From the NCBI RefSeq assembly GCF_013315695.1, contig NZ_CP054353.1: DNA of 64,000 nucleotides, one strand, 5' to 3'. The position numbers and the translations under genes were made by a program. The notes beneath the pieces were generated by a model. The model was not told where the DNA came from. It saw only the letters and a program-made list of their open reading frames with translations, and searched no databases. Source of the stretch: Escherichia coli (lineage in GTDB: Bacteria > Pseudomonadota > Gammaproteobacteria > Enterobacterales > Enterobacteriaceae). This document shows, in pieces, positions 24,729 through 33,591 of this stretch; position 1 is the first letter of the stretch, and each line of letters starts with the position of its first letter.

Positions 24729-25055
24729 ATGAAAAGACGCCTTTTACTACTTTTTCTGTTATCTGTCCTGGCAGTGGGATGCTCGCAGCAAAAAGCTGAT
24801 GAGCCCCGGCAATTAGTGACGGTGTATCCACGATATCCGGAATATGCTGCAGCAAATTATATCAAGGGGCTGGTTGAGGTTAAGTTCGATATTGGTGCTG
24901 ATGGGACTGTGACACGGATCGTTTTTCTCCGCTCAGAGCCTCATAATTTGTTTCGTGATGAAGTGGTGAAGGCCATGGCGAAATGGCGATTTGAAAAGAA
25001 TCGCCCCTGTCAGGGAGTGAAGAGACAATTTATCTTTACGCCGTCACGTCCCTGA
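24729..25055 (+). CDS. Lipoprotein with a TonB C-terminal-like domain, 108 aa
   Basis: It has a signal peptide plus lipobox (MKRRLLLLFLLSVLAVGC). The TonB_C signature is YPRYPEYAAANYIKGLVEVKFDIGADGTVTRIVFLRSEP..FRDEVVKAMAKWRFE. An AGGA RBS is present. Confidence 0.7.
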   Translation: MKRRLLLLFLLSVLAVGCSQQKADEPRQLVTVYPRYPEYAAANYIKGLVEVKFDIGADGTVTRIVFLRSEPHNLFRDEVVKAMAKWRFEKNRPCQGVKRQFIFTPSRP

Positions 25056-25147
25056 TGCTTCCAGGTAGAGAGGGGCTGGACGCAGGAGAAAAATGAAAGA
25101 GCCAGCGGTTATATTTTTGTCATGGCTGACGAGGAATGATGGAAGAA

Positions 25148-25170
25148 GGCGTTGTATGCCACACAACGCC
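25148..25170. terminator. Hairpin between convergent genes (GGCGTTGT-7 nt-ACAACGCC)
   Basis: Read directly from the sequence; it sits between the stop at 25055 (+) and the stop at 25178 (-). Confidence 0.55.
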
Positions 25171-25177
25171 TCACTGT

Positions 25178-25531
25178 TCATTTCTTCTTTTTCTCTGGTG
25201 GAACCCGATGAATAAGAGTTGCACTGGTTTCCGATGAGATGGCGATATACTCGGGCAAAGTATGCTGGCAGTTTTCCAACTGGTCAAAAATACCTGCTCT
25301 CGTCTGTTGCAATGCCTGCAGCATGCGGCGGCAATGCGCCTTGCTTTTACTAACCATCTTTCCTTCCTCTATCAGTCGCTGCGTGAACTCATCATGTAAT
25401 ACCAGGTAAATGCGGATGTTATCGGTTTTGGCTACGCAGCATAGTACAAAACGGACAGGTGCATCCCGGGACGGGGGAGGCGTCACATGTCCCTGTGATG
25501 GTTGTTCCGGGTAATGCACTGTGTGGGGCAT
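25178..25531 (-). CDS. Hypothetical ORF (117 aa; an internal start at 25357 with a strong GAGGAAGGA RBS would give 59 aa)
   Basis: ORF track entry. It overlaps ORF 25419..25670 in another frame and may be the 3' part of a frameshifted gene. Confidence 0.4.
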   Translation of the reverse strand: MPHTVHYPEQPSQGHVTPPPSRDAPVRFVLCCVAKTDNIRIYLVLHDEFTQRLIEEGKMVSKSKAHCRRMLQALQQTRAGIFDQLENCQHTLPEYIAISSETSATLIHRVPPEKKKK

Positions 25532-25670
25532 AAAAATGTCCGATAATTTTACTTTCTACCGCAGTTAGTTGATTCGTTGGTCCTGGTAGCACATTGGGCG
25601 AGGATTTAAATGCCAGGCAACTGAAGGATGATGTTGCAAGGGAGATAGCGAGAATATTTCTGATTTTCAT
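25419..25670 (-). CDS. Hypothetical secreted peptide ORF (83 aa) with an N-terminal signal sequence; possibly the 5' part of a frameshifted gene
   Basis: The signal peptide is MKIRNILAISLATSSFSCLA, and an AGAGG RBS lies upstream. The ORF ends within the overlap with 25178..25531. Confidence 0.4.
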   Translation of the reverse strand: MKIRNILAISLATSSFSCLAFKSSPNVLPGPTNQLTAVESKIIGHFYAPHSALPGTTITGTCDASPVPGCTCPFCTMLRSQNR

Positions 25671-25818
25671 TTGATGATGCCTCTGTGTGAAATGACGGTA
25701 AACGACGCACTTGTGCCGGCACATAATAGCAAGCACCATAATAGATCAGATTCGATTCTTGCTGTAAGTGATAATCATTCTCGTTTTCGGGTCCTTTCCG
25801 TCGATCCAACAGGTTACG

Positions 25819-25830
25819 GGGCGGCGACCT
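25819..25830 (+). other. cos: cosN cohesive-end sequence GGGCGGCGACCT (identical to lambda)
   Basis: The context ACGGGGCGGCGACCTCGCGGGTTTTCGCTATTTATGAAAATTTTCCGG matches the lambda genome left end as remembered. Confidence 0.9.
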
Positions 25831-25865
25831 CGCGGGTTTTCGCTATTTATGAAAATTTTCCGGGA

Positions 25866-25966
25866 ACCATGTCCGGTTTCTCTTCAAGTTAACTATATGA
25901 AAAATAAAAAAAGAGGTCTTCTGTGAACCGGACATGCACAAAAAATAGACATGTAAGCCGGACATG
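25866..25966 (+). promoter_or_regulatory. cosB-like terminase-binding region: three A(A/G)CCGGACATG repeats around an A-rich bend
   Basis: The repeats lie at 25866-25876 (inverted), 25926-25936 and 25956-25966. The A-tract ATATGAAAAATAAAAAAAGAGG lies between the first and second. Confidence 0.6.
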
Positions 25967-26013
25967 ACCGGTTTTGTTGTGATTGTGAAGTGAGAGTTTT
26001 TGCGAGGTGAGGA

Positions 26014-26523
26014 GTGGCTACGCAGACTGAAGTTGCCAGGCATTTAAGTCTGACCGATCGCCAGCTTCGCAGATTGCAGAAATTGCCGGGTGCCCCGATA
26101 TCGAATAAGCGAGGGCAACTGGATCTGGATGCCTGGCGCGATTTTTACATATCGTATCTGAGAAGAAGTAAAAACGATGTGCCTGATGGCGATAGCGAAG
26201 ACGACTATGAGGAGAAATTGCTTATTGCCAGATGGGAACTGACAGCAGAACAGGCTGTTACACAGCAGTTAAAAAATGAGGTGTCAAAAGGAAAACTTAT
26301 TGACACCGGGTTCTGTATTTTTGCCCTCAGCAAGCTGGCAATGGCGTTATCCAGTACGCTTGATTCCATCCCTTTATCCATGCAGCGACAGTTTCCTGAT
26401 TTAACACCGCGCCATCTTGACCATCTGAAAACCCTTATTGCGAAGGGGGCAAATCAGTGTGCGCGGGCGGGGGATAAATTACCGGATTTACTCGATGAAT
26501 ATATCAGAGCAACAACTGAATAA
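26014..26523 (+). CDS. nu1: Terminase small subunit (Nu1-like), 169 aa
   Basis: It has an N-terminal HTH (TEVARHLSLTDRQLRRLQK) and C-terminal similarity to lambda Nu1 (..SIPLSMQRQFPDLTPRHLDHLKTLIAKG..). The position is right after cos. Confidence 0.85.
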   Translation: MATQTEVARHLSLTDRQLRRLQKLPGAPISNKRGQLDLDAWRDFYISYLRRSKNDVPDGDSEDDYEEKLLIARWELTAEQAVTQQLKNEVSKGKLIDTGFCIFALSKLAMALSSTLDSIPLSMQRQFPDLTPRHLDHLKTLIAKGANQCARAGDKLPDLLDEYIRATTE

Positions 26524-28412
26524 TATGATGAGTGCTGTCACAACAGCATTACAGCCCCTGATAAGGGCATTGCCGGTGACGCCAGTTGAATGGGCTGATC
26601 AAAATTATTATCTGCCTAAAGAATCTTCATATGGTGAGGGAGAATGGAAAACGCTGCCGTTCCAGATCGCCATCATGAACAGCATGGGGAATGATCAGAT
26701 CCGGACTGTTAATCTGATTAAATCTGCCCGTGTTGGCTATACAAAGATGTTGCTGGGGGTGGTCGGGTATTTTATTGAGCATAAATCCCGAAACAGTCTG
26801 CTTTTTCAGCCCACGGATTCTGCCGCTGAAGATTTTATGAAGTCTCACGTGGAGGCGACGATTCGGGATGTGCCATGTCTGAAAGACCTTTCTCCATGGC
26901 TGGGGCGTAAACATCGTGACAATACTCTCACGCTGAAACGCTTTTCATCGGGTGTGGGCTTCTGGTGCCTGGGCGGCGCTGCCGCCAAAAACTACCGTGA
27001 AAAATCCGTGGACGTGGTCTGCTATGACGAACTTTCCTCGTTCGAACCGGATGTCGAAAAAGAGGGTTCGCCAACCCTGCTTGGGGATAAACGTATTGAG
27101 GGCTCTGTATGGCCCAAATCCATTCGCGGCTCGACGCCTAAAATCAAAGGCACCTGCCAGATCGAAAAAGCGGCCAACGAGTCGGCGCATTTCATGCGTT
27201 TTTATGTGCCCTGCCCGCACTGTGGGGAGGCGCAGTATCTGAAATTTGGCGATGAGTCCACGCCTTTTGGCCTTAAATGGGAGAAGGACAGCCCCGAAAG
27301 CGTTTTCTACCTCTGTGAACATCATGGCTGCGTGATCCATCAGTCTGAGCTTGACCAGAGCAACGGGCGGTGGATCTGTGAAAACACGGGGATGTGGACC
27401 CGCGACGGTCTGACGTTTTTCAGCGCTGCGGATAATGAAATTCCGCCGCCGCGCTCCATCACATTCCATATCTGGACGGCGTACAGTCCGTTCACCACCT
27501 GGGTACAGATTGTCTATGACTGGCTGGATGCACTGAAAGATCCCAACGGCCTGAAAACCTTTGTGAACACCACGCTGGGCGAGACCTGGGAAGAGGCCGT
27601 GGGCGAAAAACTCGATCACCAGGTGCTGATGGATAAGGTTGTGCGTTACACGGCTGCGGTGCCTTCCCGGGTGGTTTATCTGACGGCGGGCATTGACTCG
27701 CAGCGAAACCGTTTTGAGATGTATGTCTGGGGATGGGCTCCGGGAGAGGAAGCCTTTCTGGTGGATAAAATCATCATTATGGGGCGTCCCGATGAGGAAG
27801 AGACGCTGTTACGTGTGGATGTGGCGATCAACAAAAAATACCGCCATGCAGACGGAACCGAAATGACCATTTCCCGTGTCTGCTGGGACACCGGGGGGAA
27901 TTGTCTATCAGAGGTCAAAAAAACACGGTGTTTTCCGGGTGCTGCCGGTAAAAGGTGCATCTGTTTATGGCAAGCCGGTGATCACCATGCCAAAAACCCG
28001 CAATCAGCGGGGCGTGTATCTGTGCGAAGTGGGGACGGACACCGCAAAAGAAATTCTCTATGCCCGTATGAAAGCCGATCCCACGCCTGCGGATGAAGCC
28101 ACGTCGTATGCCATCCGTTTTCCTGATGATCCGGAGATTTTTTCGCAGACAGAGGCGCAGCAACTGGTGGCGGAAGAGCTTGTGGAGAAGTGGGAAAAAG
28201 GAAAGATGCGTCTGCTGTGGGATAACAAAAAGCGGCGTAACGAAGCGCTGGACTGCCTGGTGTATGCCTACGCGGCATTACGTGTGTCCGTGCAACGCTG
28301 GCAGCTTGATCTGGCTGTACTGGCAAAATCCCGGGAAGAAGAGACGACCCGGCCAACCCTTAAAGAACTGGCAGCGAAGCTGTCCGGAGGAGTGAATGGT
28401 TACAGTCGCTGA
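26495..28412 (+). pseudogene. A: Terminase large subunit (gpA-like), reading frame broken near 27899
   Basis: Frame 1 (MNISEQQLNN...CWDTGG) and frame 2 (IVYQRSKKHGVFRVLPVKGASVYGKPV...) together align with lambda gpA end to end. At the junction the lambda residues IDPT are missing and one extra nt remains (GGGGGGAATTGTC). Confidence 0.85.
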
Positions 28413-28602
28413 ACTGCAGGCGCTGCGTCAGGCGCGCCTTGATTTATTAACCGGTAAACGGGTGGTGTCTGTCCAGAAAGATGGTCGCAGAATTGAATAT
28501 ACGGCAGCTTCTCTGGATGAGCTTAACCGGGCGATCAATGATGCGGAGTCGGTACTGGGGACAACCCGCCGTCGCCGTCGTCCGCTGGGAGTGAGGTTAT
28601 GA
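28396..28602 (+). CDS. W: Head-tail joining protein W, 68 aa
   Basis: LLTGKRVVSVQKDGRRIEYTAASLDEL aligns with lambda gpW. Confidence 0.9.
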   Translation: MVTVAELQALRQARLDLLTGKRVVSVQKDGRRIEYTAASLDELNRAINDAESVLGTTRRRRRPLGVRL

Positions 28603-30191
28603 AACGAACGCCTGTCCTGATTGATGTGAACGGCGTTCCGCTTCGGGAGAGCCTCAGCTACAACGGTGGCGGTGCAGGATTTGGCGGGCAAATGGCAGAG
28701 TGGTTGCCACCCTCGCAGAGTGCCGATGCGGCCCTGCTGCCCGCGTTGCGTCTGGGGAATGCCCGTGCAGATGATCTGGTGCGCAATAACGGAATAGCGG
28801 CCAATGCGGTGGCCCTGCATAAGGATCACATTGTCGGGCATATGTTTCTGATCAGTTACCGTCCGAACTGGCGCTGGCTGGGGATGCGGGAGACCGCGGC
28901 AAAAAGTTTTGTCGATGAGGTGGAGGCGGCCTGGTCAGAATACGCAGAAGGGATGTTTGGTGAGATCGACATGGAAGGGAAACGCACGTTCACGGAATTT
29001 ATCCGTGAAGGTGTGGGCGTTCATGCGTTTAACGGCGAAATCTTTGTGCAGCCGGTCTGGGATACGGAGAGCACGCAACTGTTTCGTACGCGTTTTAAAG
29101 CCGTGAGTCCGAAACGGGTGGACACGCCAGGACACGGTATGGGGAACCGTTTTCTGCGGGCCGGTGTGGAGGTCGATCGATATGGTCGTGCCGTTGCGTA
29201 CCATATCTGTGAGGATGATTTTCCTCGCTCCGGGAGTGGACGATGGGAACGGATCCCGCGTGAACTTCCCACCGGGCGTCCGGCCATGCTGCATATTTTC
29301 GAGCCGGTGGAGGACGGGCAGACCCGTGGGGCCAATCAGTTTTACAGCGTAATGGAACGGCTGAAGATGCTCGATTCCCTGCAGGCAACACAGCTTCAGT
29401 CGGCCATAGTGAAGGCGATGTATGCAGCGACGATTGAAAGTGAACTTGATACCGAAAAGGCCTTTGAATATATCGCCGGTGCGCCGCAGGGGCAGAAGGA
29501 TAATCCGCTTATTAATATTCTGGAGAAGTTCTCCACCTGGTATGACACGAATAGCGTGACGCTGGGCGGTGTCAAAATTCCGCACCTTTTCCCCGGTGAT
29601 GATCTGAAACTTCAGACCGCGCAGGATTCAGACAATGGATTTTCGGCGCTTGAACAGGCGCTGCTGCGGTATATCGCCGCCGGTCTTGGCGTTTCCTACG
29701 AACAGTTGTCCCGTGATTACTCGAAGGTCAGTTATTCAAGTGCCCGCGCATCCGCCAATGAGTCGTGGCGCTATTTTATGGGGCGGCGAAAATTTATTGC
29801 GTCCCGGCTGGCCACGCAGATGTTTTCCTGCTGGCTGGAAGAGGCACTTCTTCGGGGGATTATTCGTCCGCCACGGGCGCGTTTTGATTTTTATCAGGCG
29901 CGATCAGCCTGGTCACGGGCTGAGTGGATTGGAGCCGGAAGAATGGCCATTGACGGGCTCAAGGAGGTTCAGGAATCAGTGATGCGCATTGAGGCCGGAC
30001 TGAGCACGTATGAGAAAGAGCTGGCGCTGATGGGCGAGGATTATCAGGACATTTTCCGCCAGCAGGTCAGGGAATCTGCAGAGCGGGAAAAAGCCGGACT
30101 CTCACGTCCGGTGTGGATAGCGCAGGCGTATCAGCAGCAGATAGCGGAGAGTCGCAGGCCGGAAGAGGAGACAACACCACGTGAGACGTAA
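28599..30191 (+). CDS. B: Portal protein B, 530 aa
   Basis: The size, position and similarity match the lambda gpB family. Confidence 0.9.
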   Translation: MKRTPVLIDVNGVPLRESLSYNGGGAGFGGQMAEWLPPSQSADAALLPALRLGNARADDLVRNNGIAANAVALHKDHIVGHMFLISYRPNWRWLGMRETAAKSFVDEVEAAWSEYAEGMFGEIDMEGKRTFTEFIREGVGVHAFNGEIFVQPVWDTESTQLFRTRFKAVSPKRVDTPGHGMGNRFLRAGVEVDRYGRAVAYHICEDDFPRSGSGRWERIPRELPTGRPAMLHIFEPVEDGQTRGANQFYSVMERLKMLDSLQATQLQSAIVKAMYAATIESELDTEKAFEYIAGAPQGQKDNPLINILEKFSTWYDTNSVTLGGVKIPHLFPGDDLKLQTAQDSDNGFSALEQALLRYIAAGLGVSYEQLSRDYSKVSYSSARASANESWRYFMGRRKFIASRLATQMFSCWLEEALLRGIIRPPRARFDFYQARSAWSRAEWIGAGRMAIDGLKEVQESVMRIEAGLSTYEKELALMGEDYQDIFRQQVRESAEREKAGLSRPVWIAQAYQQQIAESRRPEEETTPRET

Positions 30192-31686
30192 TCTTTCACA
30201 CATTATTGCCGCAGCATTCAATGAACCGCTGCTTCTGGAGCCCGCCTATGCGCGGGTTTTCTTTTGCGCGCTCGGGCGCGAGATGGGGGCAGCAAGTCTT
30301 TCGGTACCGCAACAGCAGGTACAGCTTGATGCTCCCGGGATGCTGGCTGAAACGGACGAGTACATGGCCGGAGGTAAACGACCGGCCCGTGTTTACCGGG
30401 TGGTGAACGGTATTGCGGTACTGCCGGTGACCGGCACGCTGGTGCACCGGCTGGGGGGGATGCGGCCATTTTCCGGAATGACTGGCTATGACGGCATTGT
30501 CGCCTGTCTTCAGCAGGCAATGGCAGATAGCCAGGTGCGGGGCATACTGCTGGACATTGACAGTCCGGGCGGGCAGGCCGCCGGCGCGTTTGACTGCGCT
30601 GACATGATTTACCGCCTCCGGCAGCAGAAGCCGGTCTGGGCACTGTGTAATGACACGGCCTGTTCTGCAGCCATGCTGCTGGCGTCGGCCTGCTCCCGAC
30701 GGCTGGTTACCCAGACATCCCGTATCGGCTCCATTGGCGTGATGATGAGCCATGTCAGCTATGCCGGTCATCTGGCGCAGGCCGGTGTGGATATCACGCT
30801 GATTTACTCAGGAGCGCACAAGGTGGATGGCAATCAGTTTGAAGCGTTGCCGGCAGAGGTTCGCCAGGACATGCAGCAGCGGATTGATGCGGCGCGCCGG
30901 ATGTTTGCCGAAAAAGTGGCGATGTATACCGGTCTGTCTGTTGATGCGGTCACGGGAACAGAGGCTGCCGTTTTTGAAGGTCAGTCCGGCATTGAGGCCG
31001 GGCTGGCGGATGAATTAATCAATGCGTCGGATGCCATCAGTGTGATGGCCACGGCGCTGAACAGTAATGTCAGAGGAGGCACTATGCCGCAATTAACTGC
31101 AACGGAAGCCGCCGTGCAGGAGAACCAGCGAGTGATGGGGATCCTGACATGCCAGGAAGCGAAAGGACGTGAACAGCTTGCCACGATGCTGGCAGGGCAA
31201 CAGGGCATGAGCGTTGAACAGGCCCGGGCGATTCTGGCCGCGGCGGCACCGCAGCAGCCGGTGGCATCCGCACAGAGTGAAGCCGATCGCATTATGGCGT
31301 GTGAAGAAGCGAACGGTCGTGAACAACTGGCGGCAACGCTGGCGGCGATGCCGGAGATGACGGTGGAAAAAGCCCGCCCGATCCTGGCTGCTTCACCGCA
31401 GGCGAATGCCGGACCATCACTCCGTGATCAGATCATGGCACTGGATGAGGCAAAAGGGGCTGAGGCGCAGGCTGAACAGCTGGCTGCCTGCCCGGGAATG
31501 ACTGTGGAGAGCGCCCGGGCTGTGCTGGCTGCGGGATCAGGTAAGGCAGAACCGGTCTCTGCATCCACAACCGCCCTGTTTGAACATTTCATGGCGAACC
31601 ATTCACCGGCTGCGGTCCAGGGGGGCGTGTCACAGGCGTCAGAAGACGGTGATGCGGACGTGAAAATGCTCATGGCCATGCCATGA
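30181..31686 (+). CDS. C: Prohead protease/scaffold C (S49 ClpP-like), with nested Nu3-type scaffold region, 501 aa
   Basis: NLSHIIAAAFNEPLLLEPAYARVFFCAL and ..GSIGVMMSH..ITLIYSGAHKVDGN.. align with lambda gpC. The C-terminal part contains three tandem repeats of about 40 aa. Confidence 0.9.
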   Translation: MRRNLSHIIAAAFNEPLLLEPAYARVFFCALGREMGAASLSVPQQQVQLDAPGMLAETDEYMAGGKRPARVYRVVNGIAVLPVTGTLVHRLGGMRPFSGMTGYDGIVACLQQAMADSQVRGILLDIDSPGGQAAGAFDCADMIYRLRQQKPVWALCNDTACSAAMLLASACSRRLVTQTSRIGSIGVMMSHVSYAGHLAQAGVDITLIYSGAHKVDGNQFEALPAEVRQDMQQRIDAARRMFAEKVAMYTGLSVDAVTGTEAAVFEGQSGIEAGLADELINASDAISVMATALNSNVRGGTMPQLTATEAAVQENQRVMGILTCQEAKGREQLATMLAGQQGMSVEQARAILAAAAPQQPVASAQSEADRIMACEEANGREQLAATLAAMPEMTVEKARPILAASPQANAGPSLRDQIMALDEAKGAEAQAEQLAACPGMTVESARAVLAAGSGKAEPVSASTTALFEHFMANHSPAAVQGGVSQASEDGDADVKMLMAMP

Positions 31687-31722
31687 AGTCAGTGCTGAAC
31701 ATCAATACGAGGTTTTTACAAT

Positions 31723-32070
31723 ATGGTGACGAAAACCATCACTGAACAGCGTGCGGAAGTACGTATTTTTGCCGGTAATGATCCGGCTCACACCGCCACA
31801 GGCAGCAGCGGGATTTCCTCGGCAACACCGGCACTGACACCCCTGATGCTGGATGGGGCCACCGGGAAACTGGTGGTCTGGGACGGACAGAAAGCCGGTA
31901 GTGCGGTTGGCATACTGGTACTGCCGCTTGAAGGCACAGAGGAGGTGCTGACCTATTACAAGTCGGGGACCTTTGCGACGGAGGCAATCCGCTGGCCTGA
32001 AAGTGTGGATGAACACAAAAAGGCCAACGCCTTTACCGGCAGTGCCCTGAGTCACGCGGCGCTGCCGTAA
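31723..32070 (+). CDS. D: Head decoration protein D, 115 aa
   Basis: DPAHTATG...TPLMLD...LVVWDG...YKSGTF aligns with lambda gpD. Confidence 0.9.
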   Translation: MVTKTITEQRAEVRIFAGNDPAHTATGSSGISSATPALTPLMLDGATGKLVVWDGQKAGSAVGILVLPLEGTEEVLTYYKSGTFATEAIRWPESVDEHKKANAFTGSALSHAALP

Positions 32071-32127
32071 CACGTTATCAGGCCACCGCGTTGGCCTGAC
32101 TGATTTCTTAATGAAAGGAACTGATTT

Positions 32128-33156
32128 ATGGGATTGTTTACGACCCGCCAGTTACTCGGTTATACCGAACAAAAAGTTAAATTCCGTGCGCTGTTTCTGG
32201 AGCTGTTTTTCCGCCGTACGGTGAATTTCCACACCGAAGAGGTGATGCTGGACAAAATTACCGGAAAAACGCCGGTGGCGGCCTATGTCTCCCCGATCGT
32301 TGAAGGAAAAGTGCTTCGCCATCGCGGTGGTGAAACCCGCGTGTTACGTCCGGGCTACGTCAAGCCCAAACACGAATTTAATTACCAGCAGGCGGTTGAG
32401 CGCCTTCCTGGTGAAGATCCGGCTCAGCTGAACGACCCGGCCTACCGTCGTCTGCGTATCATTACCGATAACCTCAAACAGGAAGAGCACGCCATTGTCC
32501 AGGTGGAAGAAATGCAGGCGGTGAATGCCGTGCTGTATGGCAAATACACCATGGAAGGGGATCAGTTTGATACTGTCGAGGTGGATTTCGGGCGCTCTGA
32601 AGGAAATAACATTGAGCAGGCTGACGGTAAAAAATGGTCTGAGCAGGACCGTGATACGTTTGATCCGACGCATGATATTGACCTCTACTGCGATCAGGCC
32701 AGCGGCCTTGTGAATATCGCCATTATGGACGGTACGGTCTGGCGTCTGCTGAATGGCTTTAAGCTGTTCCGCGAAAAACTGGATACCCGTCGCGGCTCAA
32801 ATTCACAACTCGAAACGGCAGTGAAAGACCTGGGGGCGGTGGTGTCCTTCAAGGGGTATTACGGCGATCTGGCCATTGTGGTGGCGAAAACGTCTTATGT
32901 GGCAGAAGACGGTACCGAAAAACGTTATCTGCCGGAGGGCACACTGGTCCTGGGGAATACGGCAGCAGAGGGCATTCGTTGCTATGGTGCCATTCAGGAT
33001 GCGCAGGCGTTGTCCGAAGGTGTGGTGGCCTCTTCCCGTTATCCGAAACACTGGCTGACTGTGGGCGATCCGGCCCGTGAATTCACCATGACGCAGTCCG
33101 CACCGCTGATGGTGCTGCCGGATCCGGATGAGTTTGTGGTGGTACAGGTGAAATAA
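32128..33156 (+). CDS. E: Major capsid protein E, 342 aa
   Basis: It aligns with lambda gpE along the full length (..YVSPIVEGKV..GYVKPKHE..VQVEEMQAVNAVLYGKYTM..TRRGSNS.LETAVKDLG..). Confidence 0.95.
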   Translation: MGLFTTRQLLGYTEQKVKFRALFLELFFRRTVNFHTEEVMLDKITGKTPVAAYVSPIVEGKVLRHRGGETRVLRPGYVKPKHEFNYQQAVERLPGEDPAQLNDPAYRRLRIITDNLKQEEHAIVQVEEMQAVNAVLYGKYTMEGDQFDTVEVDFGRSEGNNIEQADGKKWSEQDRDTFDPTHDIDLYCDQASGLVNIAIMDGTVWRLLNGFKLFREKLDTRRGSNSQLETAVKDLGAVVSFKGYYGDLAIVVAKTSYVAEDGTEKRYLPEGTLVLGNTAAEGIRCYGAIQDAQALSEGVVASSRYPKHWLTVGDPAREFTMTQSAPLMVLPDPDEFVVVQVK

Positions 33157-33207
33157 TCCGTGAGCGGGGGCGAAATGCCCCCGTGTCTTTTTTCACAGGA
33201 GGCTGAG

Positions 33208-33591
33208 ATGGCAACAAAAGAAGAAAATCTGAATCGTCTTCGTCAACTGGCTGGCCTGCTGGGGCGCGAGGCGGATATGTCGGGGAGTGCTGCGGATATT
33301 GCTCAACGTGTGTCTGAGTGGGAAGAGGAGCTTGCTGTTTCCCCGGAGGGCATTATGCACTCTGATGAGAGCGGGGCTGATCAAAATCACACAGACGATG
33401 GTGAGCAGTTGCACAACACTGATGCTCCGGATGATGTTAAAGCGGTCCGTGTGCGGAAATGCCTGCATGTGATGGGGTATTGCCCGGAGACAGGCCGTCC
33501 CGTTGAACTGACGTACCGGGGCATGCGTGTTATGGTGCCATCACCACTGGCGACAGCCATGATACAGCACGGAACGGCTGAGCATGCGTGA
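33208..33591 (+). CDS. FI: DNA-packaging protein FI-like, 127 aa
   Basis: The position between E and FII fits, and the N-terminal helix (NRLRQLAGLLGREADMSGSAADIAQRVSEWEEEL) resembles lambda FI. Confidence 0.7.
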   Translation: MATKEENLNRLRQLAGLLGREADMSGSAADIAQRVSEWEEELAVSPEGIMHSDESGADQNHTDDGEQLHNTDAPDDVKAVRVRKCLHVMGYCPETGRPVELTYRGMRVMVPSPLATAMIQHGTAEHA

